DNA of 32,000 bases from Pyrodictium occultum. GTDB taxonomy: Archaea; Thermoproteota; Thermoprotei_A; Sulfolobales; Pyrodictiaceae. The notes beneath the pieces are model-generated. The model made no database searches and was not told where the DNA came from. It saw nothing but the letters and a program-made list of their open reading frames with translations. Positions 15,611 through 24,695 of this stretch are shown in pieces. The stretch spans positions 360,001 through 392,000 of the forward strand of contig NZ_LNTB01000001.1 in assembly GCF_001462395.1 (NCBI RefSeq). The letters are read 5' to 3'. The stretch's first letter is position 1. Each line of letters starts with the position of its first letter. Position numbers and translations under genes: made by a program.

Positions 15611-16621
15611 CTAGTCGAGGCCGAGTTTTCTCCTGGCCAGCCTGGACTCCCTGGCCGCCTCCTCATCGACTATGGGCAGCCCCTTCCTATAGAACCATTC
15701 CCCGTAGTCGTGGTCGCTCACGAGTATGTGGTTCCTCACCCAGTCGGAGAGGAAGCGGAGCACGCTGAGCGTAAGCTGTTTCTCCCCGGCCTCGTACTGC
15801 TCATTGAACTCTGTCACCTTCTCTACGAAGCTCTGGTGCTGGCGGCGGTGGGCCTCGGCGCGGGGGTAGCCGTACTTGTCGAAGAGCTTCTCCTCGCTGC
15901 GGAAGTGGAACCTAGTATAATCGACGAGGCTCTTGAGGACGTCATCCACCACCTCCTTCTCCTCGCCGGCCAGGAGGCTTATGTAGAGGTTATTCAGCAC
16001 CGTAACGAGGTAGCGGTGCTGGTTATCCAGGCCTTTTATGTAGACGCTCAGCTCGGGGCCCCAGTGGTAGACGTAGGGCCTCAGCCTAGCCGCCACAACT
16101 TTGACACTGCCGGTCCACTCGTCAAGCGCGTGGAGCGCCTGGAGCCCATAGCTGACCCCGACGCCAGGCTCTTCAAGCCTAACAGCTGTCACCACTACCC
16201 CGTAGGTGAGGAGCCAGGCGCTGAGCCTCTCCCCTTCCAGTATCAGCAGCCTAGGCCCCGCCTTCTCCGCGAGCCTCCCGGTAACCAGGTGCCTAACCTG
16301 GCCCCGGAGCCCCGGGAGCCTGGCCTCAAACTCCTCCCGGGCCTCAGCGGCCTCGAGGAGCTGGAGGACCAGGCCGGGGTCGTCGAGTAGCCTACTATTC
16401 CACTCTATGCTGCTGGCCGCGTAGTTGTAGGGCGGCGGGAGGGTGTGGGGCACCGGTTTGAGGGCCTCGGGTATCCGGTCTACACCGACCTCCACGATAT
16501 AGCGTACATCGGGGTCGCGGATGTGCCACCAGTATCTAAGACGGCGTAGTAGCCCGGGAGACACAGGTAGCTCCCAGTCACACCTCCAGGCTAGTTGCGC
16601 ATACTTATACACGTTTTGCAT
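15611..16621 (-). CDS. Two-domain protein: unknown N-terminal domain plus C-terminal hemerythrin-like domain
   Basis: The C-terminal about 140 aa carry the hemerythrin ligand pattern: HWGPELSVYIKGLDNQHRYL, TRFHFRSEEKLF, AEAHRRQHQSF, WVRNHILVSDHDY. The N-terminal about 190 aa are not recognised. Confidence 0.8.
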   Translation of the reverse strand: MQNVYKYAQLAWRCDWELPVSPGLLRRLRYWWHIRDPDVRYIVEVGVDRIPEALKPVPHTLPPPYNYAASSIEWNSRLLDDPGLVLQLLEAAEAREEFEARLPGLRGQVRHLVTGRLAEKAGPRLLILEGERLSAWLLTYGVVVTAVRLEEPGVGVSYGLQALHALDEWTGSVKVVAARLRPYVYHWGPELSVYIKGLDNQHRYLVTVLNNLYISLLAGEEKEVVDDVLKSLVDYTRFHFRSEEKLFDKYGYPRAEAHRRQHQSFVEKVTEFNEQYEAGEKQLTLSVLRFLSDWVRNHILVSDHDYGEWFYRKGLPIVDEEAARESRLARRKLGLD

Positions 16622-16647
16622 TAATTATTCGCCCCGGCTACGCTGCA

Positions 16648-16655
16648 CTATATAG
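16648..16655. promoter_or_regulatory. Palindromic TATA box CTATATAG shared by two divergent genes
   Basis: It is the only A/T element in the centre of the 54-nt spacer. Its centre is about 30 nt from the ATG at 16621 (minus) and about 25 nt from the ATG at 16676 (plus). That spacing fits leaderless transcripts in both directions. Confidence 0.4.
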
Positions 16656-16675
16656 CCTGGTGCAGGGGCACTGCC

Positions 16676-17083
16676 ATGGGGTGTGCGCGCTTGGGGGAGG
16701 AAGGCTGCGGCAGGAGGGCTAACGAGATAGTCTACTTCGTCGCGTGGCGGCTGGAGAACATGAAGGACTATCGGGCATGGGCCACCAGTATGCTGAAGGC
16801 GTGGGGCGCGCTGCTCAATGAGGCTAACAACCAGCGCTCGCTCCTCCCCTTCGCCTCGCTGGCACTAGCCCATCTCGGAGTAGGGCTCACGGCAACCTAC
16901 GCTATAGAGGGGGAGGACCTGGAGAAGGCGCTCCAGAAGGCCAAGGAGGATCTCTGCGCGGTCTACCGGGCTGGGCTCGAGCTTCTGGAGCAGGCCTACC
17001 AGAAGGGCAAGGTGCTGGAGGTCATACAGGAGGCTATGAAGGGGGAGGAGGGCGGGGAGGCCTCTGAGGGCTCCGCGTCGTGA
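16676..17083 (+). CDS. Hypothetical helical protein
   Basis: 135-aa ORF with an ATG start at TATA-compatible spacing, helical-looking sequence and an acidic tail. No family recognised. Confidence 0.5.
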   Translation: MGCARLGEEGCGRRANEIVYFVAWRLENMKDYRAWATSMLKAWGALLNEANNQRSLLPFASLALAHLGVGLTATYAIEGEDLEKALQKAKEDLCAVYRAGLELLEQAYQKGKVLEVIQEAMKGEEGGEASEGSAS

Positions 17084-17177
17084 GCGGGTTCGAGCCGGGC
17101 TACCCGGGCCCCGGCCCTAACGCCCCAGAGCATAGAGGGTTTTGGGCCTCGAGACCGGCCGTCCCGGCGGGACGGTG

Positions 17178-18333
17178 CTAGATGCCGCGCTTTGCCAGCG
17201 TCTCCTGGAGGACTGTGAGGCCCTGGCCGAGCTTCACGTTGACTCCGAGCGCTTTGAGCGTCCTCTCCAGGGCCGCTACTGTCGCCGCTAGCTCCGGGCA
17301 GCCTACCTGGCCCATGTGCCCTATCCTGAATACCCTGCCCTTAAGCTCCTCGAGGCCTCCGGCCACCTCGACTCCACGGGTTCTCATCTCCCTATAGAAG
17401 CTGGGCCAGTCCACGCCTTCGGGCAGGTAGGCGGCTGTAAGGTATCGGCTCTGAAGCCCTCCTCCGCGACGAGGCTGACTCCCAGGGACTCCAGGACGGC
17501 TCTAACCGCCTCAGCCATGATCCTGTGCCTCCTGTACCTCTCCTCGAGGCCTTCGGAGAGTATGCTCCGGAGGAACCCCCTCAGAGCGTAGACTAGGTTG
17601 ACCGCTGGGGTTATGTAGTAGTTCCTCGTAGACTCCATCTCCTTGAGGAGGCTCGGGGGTTGAAGTAGAGTCTCCACTGTCCCCTCGACTCGACCTCCCT
17701 AGTGTAGGACTCGCTGTAGGCCACCAGGCCGAGGCCCGGGGCCCCGAGGGCCTTTCTGTGACCCAGTGAAGCAGATGTCAACACCCCAGTCGTCCATCCT
17801 CACCTCCATGCCCCACGGGGGCCACTCCGTCCACAACCAGCGGCACGCCCCAGCTCCTCGCAGTCCTGGCCAGCTCCCTGACCGGGTTGGCGACGCTCGT
17901 CGAGGTCTCAACGTGCTGCAGCGCGACTGCCGCGGCGTCTCTATTCTTCTCCGGCAGCCTATCCAGCTCAGCGGCTGTGAAGCCCCTGCCCAGCCCAACT
18001 TGAGCGGTGGCGGCCTCGCCGCCCAGGGCCTTAACACTCTTCTCAAGGTAGTCCCCGAAGAAGCCAGCCTTCAGCACCAGCACCTTTGACCCCGGCCTGA
18101 CGACGCTTCTCAGGGCCAGCTCCATGGCGCTGGTCCCGCTGCCTGGCAGTATAACGACCGCCGCGGGTGTCAAAGACTTCCTTCAGCATCTTCACAGCCT
18201 CGCTGTGAACCTCGTCGAACTCCGGCGATGCATGGTTAACCGTAGGCCTAGCCATTGCTAGCAATGTCTCAAAGTCCACAGGGGTGGGGCCGGGGTCATT
18301 AGCAGGAGCCTTCCATGGGGCAAGGAGGAACAC
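17178..18333 (-). pseudogene. Class-V aminotransferase (serine-pyruvate/alanine-glyoxylate type) broken by about five frameshifts
   Basis: Consecutive minus-strand pieces in different frames join into one aminotransferase. The pieces are PGPTPVDFETLLAMARPTVNHASPEFDEVH...KEVFDT, then AAVVILPGSGTSAMELALRS...VPLVVDGV, then GMEVRMDDWGVDICFTGSQK (PLP lysine), then LGAPPGLGLVAYSESYTRE...LYFNP, then LLKEMESTRNYYITPAVNLVYALR...AEEGFRADTL, then VDWPSFYREMRTRGVEVAGGLEELKGRVFRIGHMG. The breaks are near 18170, 17815, 17745, 17655 and 17435. Confidence 0.8.
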
Positions 18334-18506
18334 CGGTTATTACTCCAAGGCCCTTATTCGAGTGTTTAAAGCTGAGCGGTCACGACGCTATTAACCGGCG
18401 CCGGGCAACTCCCCCGCGGGCTCGGCTGGGCCCGGCATGCTGGGCGCTGTAGGGGCCCGGGAACCCGGGGATAGCCTCCCGGCCTGGTAGTACTCCGGGG
18501 GCGAGG

Positions 18507-20837
18507 TTAGTCCCAGCCGAGAATCCTGGAAGCCGCCACAAGCACCTGGCCCGCCGCTATCCCCCCGTCGCCCGGGGGTAGGCGGTGGGGGAGCCTCGCC
18601 TCGAGCCCGTGGTCCTTCAGCGCCTCGCGCACCCCCTGGACTATCAGCGTGTTCACCGCGGCGCCGCCGGAGATGTAGACGGGGCCGCTGAGCCCCCTCG
18701 CAGCCCTCGCAGCCGCCTCGCCGAGGCCCCTCCCCAGGGCCCGCTGCACCGTGGCTGCAAGGTCTGCCGGGGGGAGCCTGTCCAGGTTATCGAGCACCCA
18801 TTCGAGCAGGCCGCGGGTGTCCACCACCAGCCTGCCCTCCATCTGTACTAGCCGGGGCGTGTAGCCGTGGTCCCTGCCGCCCCTCGCAGCCGCCTCAAGC
18901 CTCATCGCCGGCTCCCCCTCGTAGCCCCTATGCCACGCCACCCCCAGCAGGGCTGCGAGGGCGTCTAGGGTGCGGCCGGTGCTCGTTGCCAGGGGGGCCT
19001 TGCCCGCGGCGGCCAGCCGGTAGCTCACCCTCGCCTCCAGCTCGCCGTGGGGAAGCTTGTCGCGGGATAGGAGGCCGCGGCGGCGGAGTATTTCCAGTAC
19101 CTCCTCCTCGCCGAGGCCCGAGGCCTGCATGAGCCCCACGAGGGCCTTGACCGGCCACTCGGCTGCCGCGTCTCCCCCGGGGAGCCTGAAGGGGTGGAGG
19201 CTGGCGGCGCGGGTGAAGCCGGCGTAGCTGGCCACGAGCACCTCGCCGCCCCAGACCGTGCCGTCGGTGCCGTAGCCGGTGCCGTCGATTGTTATAGCCA
19301 CCCTCTTCTCGCCCGGCGGCACCCTGTCCTCCAGCATAGCAGCTGCCGCGTGGGCGTGGTGGTGCTGGACCTCCACCAGCTCCGCCCCGTACTCCTCGGC
19401 CAGCCTCGCCGCGAGCGGCCTGTTGTGGTAGCCGGGGTGCATATCCACCGCCACGGCTCTCGGCCTGAGCGAGTAGACCTCTATGAACCAGCGCAGCTCC
19501 TTCTCCAGCTCCTCCACCTGCCCGGGCTCGTCCATGTCCCCTATATACTGGGTCGGCACTATCTTGTCCTCGAACGCCACCGCTCCAGCCGTCTGCAGCT
19601 CAGCCCCCACAGCCACCATGTCGGGGAGCTGCTCGGGAGAGTAGAGCCAGGTGGGGGCGTAGCCCCTGGCCCTCCGGAGGAAGACGAGCTCCCCCTCGGT
19701 GTAGCGGAGCACGCTGTCGTCGACGCGGTGCACTATCTCCCTGTCATGCGCCACCACGTAGTCAGCTATCCCCCTCAGGTGGGTGAAGACGCACTCCAGC
19801 GTAGTGCACATGGGGTACCCGGACTTGTTGCCGCTGGTCATTATCAGGAAGCCGTCACGGACGCTCTCGAGGAGCAGGGCCTGGAACCCCGTGTAGGGGA
19901 GCATCACCCCTACCGTGTCCAGCCCAGGCGCTACCAGGGGGGAGACGGGGGAGCCAGGGCGCCGCGGGAGGAGGAGTATGGGCCTCTCAGCCGACTCCAG
20001 CACACTGCAGGCGCCGGGCGGGGGCTCAGCTATCTTCTCCACCACGCTGCAGTCCCTCGCCATGAGGGCGAAGGGCTTGGTGGGCCTCCTCTTCCTCCTA
20101 CGCAGCTCCTCCACCACGTCGTCCCGGCTAGCGAGGGCTGCCAGGTGGAAGCCTCCAACACCCTTCACCGCGAGTATATAGCCCTCCTCTATCTTCTCCG
20201 CCGCCCACTCGACCGGGTCCTCGACGGGGAGCCTCCTCCCGTCCATCGTGTAGACATAGGTCCTGGGGCCACAGCGGGGGCAGCTGATCCCCTGGGCGTG
20301 GAACCTCCTTATGTTGCCGGGGTCCTCGTAGTCCCTCCTGCAATCCCTGCAGAGCGAGTACTTCCTCATAGAGGTGTTCTCCCGGTCATAGGGCACGGTG
20401 TACATCATTGAGAACCTGGGGCCGCACCAGGCACAGCTATTCCAGTAGTAGCGGTAGAACCTGGTGGATGGGTCGTGGACCTCCTTCAGGCAGTCCCTGC
20501 ATATGCCGAAGTCGGGGGGTATCATGCTTCTCTTGCTCTTCCTCTTCTCGCTCCTCTTTATGGTGAAGCCCTTGAAGCCCTGGGGCCTCACCTCTTCTAT
20601 CTCGAGCTCCTCTATCCTGGCGGGCGGCGGCCTCTCGAGATAGAGGCCCTCTATGAAGCCTGCGAGCCGGGAGGGGCTGCCCTCAACATGTATCTCGACC
20701 TCGCTGCCGCCGAGGTTAACCACGTAGCCGGAGACGCCGCGGGAGATGGCGAGCCTGTAGACAAAGGGCCGGAAGCCAACTCCCTGAACTATTCCGGTGA
20801 CGCGCAGCCGCAGCGCCCTCCGAGGAGGCTCGTGCAA
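18507..20837 (-). CDS. hypF: Carbamoyltransferase HypF
   Basis: 776 aa. It has an acylphosphatase-like start (RLRVTGIVQGVGFRPFVYRLA), two CxxC-x18-CxxC zinc fingers (CRDCLKEV...CAWCGPRFS and CRDCRRDY...CPRCGPR), a YrdC-like domain and a Kae1-like domain. Confidence 0.95.
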   Translation of the reverse strand: MHEPPRRALRLRVTGIVQGVGFRPFVYRLAISRGVSGYVVNLGGSEVEIHVEGSPSRLAGFIEGLYLERPPPARIEELEIEEVRPQGFKGFTIKRSEKRKSKRSMIPPDFGICRDCLKEVHDPSTRFYRYYWNSCAWCGPRFSMMYTVPYDRENTSMRKYSLCRDCRRDYEDPGNIRRFHAQGISCPRCGPRTYVYTMDGRRLPVEDPVEWAAEKIEEGYILAVKGVGGFHLAALASRDDVVEELRRRKRRPTKPFALMARDCSVVEKIAEPPPGACSVLESAERPILLLPRRPGSPVSPLVAPGLDTVGVMLPYTGFQALLLESVRDGFLIMTSGNKSGYPMCTTLECVFTHLRGIADYVVAHDREIVHRVDDSVLRYTEGELVFLRRARGYAPTWLYSPEQLPDMVAVGAELQTAGAVAFEDKIVPTQYIGDMDEPGQVEELEKELRWFIEVYSLRPRAVAVDMHPGYHNRPLAARLAEEYGAELVEVQHHHAHAAAAMLEDRVPPGEKRVAITIDGTGYGTDGTVWGGEVLVASYAGFTRAASLHPFRLPGGDAAAEWPVKALVGLMQASGLGEEEVLEILRRRGLLSRDKLPHGELEARVSYRLAAAGKAPLATSTGRTLDALAALLGVAWHRGYEGEPAMRLEAAARGGRDHGYTPRLVQMEGRLVVDTRGLLEWVLDNLDRLPPADLAATVQRALGRGLGEAAARAARGLSGPVYISGGAAVNTLIVQGVREALKDHGLEARLPHRLPPGDGGIAAGQVLVAASRILGWD

Positions 20838-20912
20838 GGCCTATTGGCACCTTCCACTGGAGCCGGAGCGGCTGCGAGAGGGGAAGAGGAGGAGGTGGGG
20901 CAGAGGCTCTGC

Positions 20913-21974
20913 CTAGCATATGCGGGGCACTATCTCGCCGCTGGGGGGCTCGAGTATCCTCACGCCGCCCGCCATGCTCTTCAGGAGCACCCTGCCAGCG
21001 TGCCTGGGGTCCTTGGGCTCGTATACCTGACCCACTATGGCGGCGTCCCTGAAGCCAAGGCTGTGGATGTACTCTAGTATCTCCTGGGCCTTGGAGGGCT
21101 CCACCGCCAGCACCGCTACGCCCTCGCTGGCGAGGCTGAAGGGATCTACCCCGAGCATCTCAGCGTACTCGCGTACCTGCGGCCTCACGGGCACCTTCTC
21201 CTCCTCAAACACTATCACCGTCTTTGTCTTCTCCGCCCAGTCGTTGAGGAGCATTGAGAGCCCTCCCCGGGTGGGGTCGCCGGCGCCATGTATGCTCTCG
21301 CGGTGCTTCTCCAGCAGGGGGAGCATGAGCCTGGTTAGGGGCTTCACGTCGCTCTCAACCTTCATCTCGGCGCCTATAGCCTGCTGGGCTGCCAGTATCG
21401 CCGCCCCGTGGTCGCCGAGGTAGCCGGAGACAATTATCTTATCGCCAGGCCGTACCTCGGTGTCGACGATGGGCCTGCCCTCGACCAGGCCTATGCCCAT
21501 AGAGGCTATCACTACGCCGTCCAGCTGGCCCTTCGGCATAACCTTGAAGTCCCCGCCTATCAGCGCCACACCCTCCTCCTTTAGCGTGTTTATGAAGCTG
21601 TCCATGATCTTCTTGAAGTCCTCTACGGGGAAGCCCTCCTCCACGACAACGCCGTCGAGGACCGCGAGGGGCCTAGCACCCACCATGAGGAGGTCGTTTA
21701 TGGTGCCCGAGGCGGCTAGCCTACCTAGATCACCGCCGGGGAAGAAGAGGGGCTTAACAGTGTAGGTGTCCACGGTCACCGCTATGTAGCGGTTCTCGCC
21801 GACGGGTATGAGGGCGGCGTCGTCGAGTATGTCGAGCCCCGTCCCTCCCTTAACCTTCCACAGCTCGGGCGGCACACTCTGGACTATGAGGTTCCTGACC
21901 AGCTCCTCGGTCTCCTTCCCGCCTGCACCGTGCGCCAGGGTTATATATTTCCAGAGCCTGATGTACCAGGTCAT
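20913..21974 (-). CDS. hypE: Hydrogenase maturation protein HypE
   Basis: 353 aa with a PurM-like fold sequence, LAHGAGGKET at the N-terminus and the diagnostic C-terminal PRIC. Confidence 0.95.
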   Translation of the reverse strand: MTWYIRLWKYITLAHGAGGKETEELVRNLIVQSVPPELWKVKGGTGLDILDDAALIPVGENRYIAVTVDTYTVKPLFFPGGDLGRLAASGTINDLLMVGARPLAVLDGVVVEEGFPVEDFKKIMDSFINTLKEEGVALIGGDFKVMPKGQLDGVVIASMGIGLVEGRPIVDTEVRPGDKIIVSGYLGDHGAAILAAQQAIGAEMKVESDVKPLTRLMLPLLEKHRESIHGAGDPTRGGLSMLLNDWAEKTKTVIVFEEEKVPVRPQVREYAEMLGVDPFSLASEGVAVLAVEPSKAQEILEYIHSLGFRDAAIVGQVYEPKDPRHAGRVLLKSMAGGVRILEPPSGEIVPRIC

Positions 21975-21994
21975 CCCTGGCCGGCCCCGCGGGG

Positions 21995-22276
21995 CTACTG
22001 CTTCTCCACCATCTCCTCTACCTGGAAGAGGCGCTCCAGCTCGTCGGCCTTGCGCTCCAGGTCGGATATGAAAGCTTCTATCACCCGCATCATCTCCCTA
22101 GCGCGGTCCTCGTCCAGTCGCTCGATCGCCACGCCCGCATGCACTATCACTATGTCGCCGGGCTTGAAGCCCTCGAGCGCGCCGGCATCTATCTCGCGGA
22201 GGACGCCGTCGCCGAAGTCGACCACGGCTATGTTACCCTTTACCTCCTTCACCTCTGCGGGTATGCCCAGGCACAT
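21995..22276 (-). CDS. hypC: Hydrogenase assembly chaperone HypC
   Basis: It starts MCLGIPAEV, the invariant N-terminal Cys2 motif. It has an OB-fold-sized core and a helical tail. Confidence 0.9.
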   Translation of the reverse strand: MCLGIPAEVKEVKGNIAVVDFGDGVLREIDAGALEGFKPGDIVIVHAGVAIERLDEDRAREMMRVIEAFISDLERKADELERLFQVEEMVEKQ

Positions 22277-22386
22277 GGGAAGGGTGAACCCCGGGGATCT
22301 ATGCGTGGCGGCACGGGGCTTTATAGCTTTATACTATACACCGCGAGGCCATGAGCAAAGGCGCAACCCGGAGAAACATCGTGGAG

Positions 22387-23586
22387 CTAGGCTATGCCTA
22401 GGCTGCGGGCTATCTCCTCGGCTAGCCCGCCGCCGCCGCCGAACCGGGCCCAGACGGCGCATGCGCCCTCGCTGCTCACCATGCAGGGGCCGTAGGGGGT
22501 GCCGGGAGTGCAGACTTTCATGAAGAGCGGGCAGTCGGTGGGCTTCGCTATTCCGAGCGTTACCTCGGCGCAGCGGCAGCCCGGCGGCAGGTCATACTTC
22601 CACTCCTCGGGGGTCAGCTCTTTTATCCCGTACTCGTGGAACGCGTCGACGTGGCGATACTTGTCGCGGAAGGCTAGCCCGCTCTTGGGCACGAAGCCTA
22701 TGCCGCGCCACGCGGCGTCCACGACCTCGCAGCACTCATCTATCAGCTTCTGGGCTCTTTTATTACCCTCCCACTTAACAGCCCTGCTGTACTCGTTCAC
22801 GAGCCGCGGCCTGCCCTCTATGTGCTGCCTCAAGATCTCCAGCACCGCCAGGAGAACGTCTATCGGCTCGAAGCCGGCTACCACGGTGGGGATCCCGTAC
22901 TCCTCGACGACGAATTTCCAGGCCTTAGCGCCTACTATGGTCGAGACGTGGCCCGGTGCTATGACGCCCCTGATGGGGTTATCGCGGTGGGTGGCGAACG
23001 TGTACCTCATTATCGGGGGTGTGAGCCGGTGCACATTGAGTATCTTGAGGTTCTCCGGCACCATACCGGCCACGACGGGGCTCGCGGTGGCGGGCGCGGT
23101 GGTCTCGAAGCCTACTGCTAGGAAGAGGCTGGGCTTCCGATCCCTACGGGCCATCCTTACCGCGTCGAGCACACTGTATACCACTACGACGTCGCCACCG
23201 GCGGCGCGGGCCTCCTCTAGGCTCCTTATGTCGTGGCCGCGGCGGCCGGAGCCGGGGAGCTTGTAGGCGTCCCCATAGGTGTAGACCCTTATCCCCTCAA
23301 GGCTGAGCTTTATGGCGACGTCCACGTAGTAGGCTGGCGTTATGCAGACGGGGCAGCCGGGGCCGGCTACGAGCTCCACCTCCGGGGGCATGAGGCTTCT
23401 TATACCGTAGTGGGTTATGGTGTACTCGTGGGTACCGCAGAAGTCCATTATCTTTATCGGGGTCTGCCCGACGCGCTTAGCCGCCAGCGGGGCGAGCTTG
23501 TGGATCTTCTCCACGATCTTGCGGGCCAGATCCTGGCTACGGAGCCTCTGCTCAAGCACCTGCAGCAGGCGCTGCTGCGCCTCCAA
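22387..23586 (-). CDS. hypD: Hydrogenase maturation protein HypD
   Basis: It has FCGTHE, GPGCPVC, GFETT, PGHVS and the Cys-rich C-terminus (CPLFMKVCTPGTPYGPCMVSSEGAC). Confidence 0.95.
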   Translation of the reverse strand: MEAQQRLLQVLEQRLRSQDLARKIVEKIHKLAPLAAKRVGQTPIKIMDFCGTHEYTITHYGIRSLMPPEVELVAGPGCPVCITPAYYVDVAIKLSLEGIRVYTYGDAYKLPGSGRRGHDIRSLEEARAAGGDVVVVYSVLDAVRMARRDRKPSLFLAVGFETTAPATASPVVAGMVPENLKILNVHRLTPPIMRYTFATHRDNPIRGVIAPGHVSTIVGAKAWKFVVEEYGIPTVVAGFEPIDVLLAVLEILRQHIEGRPRLVNEYSRAVKWEGNKRAQKLIDECCEVVDAAWRGIGFVPKSGLAFRDKYRHVDAFHEYGIKELTPEEWKYDLPPGCRCAEVTLGIAKPTDCPLFMKVCTPGTPYGPCMVSSEGACAVWARFGGGGGLAEEIARSLGIA

Positions 23587-23735
23587 GCTCTCAGAGCACC
23601 GTCATCCTCCACCATTGGGGCTGCTTAAGTAGCTTCTGACGTGTAGGACTATCGTAAACCAAGACGCTTAGTAGATGCCCTCCCCCGCGTATAGGAGGCG
23701 TAAACCCCGAGCCCATCCAGGGAGGGGCCTAGGCC

Positions 23736-24602
23736 GTGGAGGAGGGGGGCTGTATTGGGTACGGGGGCGTTCTGGTATGCGAGGGTGAGATGGCGGTAAA
23801 CACTGTAGTAGTCCCGGGCGCCCTGGCGGTGGATCCCTCGCTGCCCCTCGAGCCCGTCAGGGCGGTGCTGCTTACCCATGGTCATGCCGACCACTTCCGC
23901 TACGCGGGCGCCCTCCGGGAGAGGGGTGCCAGGGTCTATGCGCCGCGGCACTGCCTCCCCCTAGTCGAGAACCCGTCGATAAACTACATGGCTACCATGG
24001 GCTGGGCCGCTGGCTTCGAGGAGAACTACATAACACCCTACTTCGTCGGAAGGGGCGTCCGTGTGGACGAGCCCGTGGAGCCCGGGCGCGCCGTGTCCGG
24101 GGAAGCCCTCGTCGATGCGCTCCACGCGCCGGGGCACACGCCAGGCCACCTGGTGTACATCATAGAGGCTGGCGGCGTGAGGCTCCTCGCCGCCGGGGAC
24201 ACGGTGTACGGCGGGGAGTACTTGAAGGGCAACCCGGTGCTCTACCACACCGACACGCTCTCCTGGATGAGGACACTGGGTATGCTGGAGAGGCTCGACT
24301 TCGACATACTGGTGCCGGGCCACGGGGCCCCGGTCGAGAGGAGGGAGGCGCGGAGGCTCATAGACCTCAACCGGGGGAAGATAGAGGAGATGCTCCGCCT
24401 CGCCGAGTCCGCGCTGGACGATGAGCCGGCGGCGGGCGACGAGGTGATAGAGAGGCTTTTCGAGGCCACCGGGCTGGCCAGGAGCAGGAGGGCCTACTCG
24501 GTATACATGCCGAGTGTGAGGGCTCTACTGAACGCCCTCACCGCGCTGGGCAGGGCGAGGAGGGTGGTGGAGAACGGGGTGCCGAAGTGGCTTAGGAGGT
24601 AG
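23736..24602 (+). CDS. MBL-fold metallo-hydrolase
   Basis: It has LLTHGHADHF (HxHxDH), a later HAPGHTPGH and VPGHG. The ATG at 23790 (MAVNTVVVPG) is a likelier start than the GTG at 23736. Confidence 0.8.
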   Translation: MEEGGCIGYGGVLVCEGEMAVNTVVVPGALAVDPSLPLEPVRAVLLTHGHADHFRYAGALRERGARVYAPRHCLPLVENPSINYMATMGWAAGFEENYITPYFVGRGVRVDEPVEPGRAVSGEALVDALHAPGHTPGHLVYIIEAGGVRLLAAGDTVYGGEYLKGNPVLYHTDTLSWMRTLGMLERLDFDILVPGHGAPVERREARRLIDLNRGKIEEMLRLAESALDDEPAAGDEVIERLFEATGLARSRRAYSVYMPSVRALLNALTALGRARRVVENGVPKWLRR

Positions 24603-24695
24603 CCGGGGCCGGCGGCAGGGATACAACCCCCTCGGGGCCTCCTCAGCACTCTCAGCCGCCGCGGCCCCGCTAAGACGGCTGGAGGGTGCAGAGGG

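Noticed and set aside
15710-16390. 226-aa ORF antisense to the hemerythrin-fusion gene; the same applies to 22499-23266 antisense to hypD and 4383-4886 antisense to the HdrD-like gene
   Set aside because: All three are fully nested opposite clearly motif-bearing genes and have no motifs of their own.
18336-18397. Imperfect 10-nt inverted repeat CCGGTTATTA ... TATTAACCGG upstream of the aminotransferase pseudogene
   Set aside because: It has one mismatch and a long loop of about 42 nt. It overlaps the probable TATA region of a dead gene and has no supporting context.
19194-20411. 405-aa plus-strand ORF antisense to hypF
   Set aside because: It lies entirely inside the well-supported hypF gene. 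Its composition is dominated by Gly, Pro, Arg, His, Val and Leu with no recognisable motifs. It is a typical shadow ORF of GC-rich DNA, where stop codons are rare.
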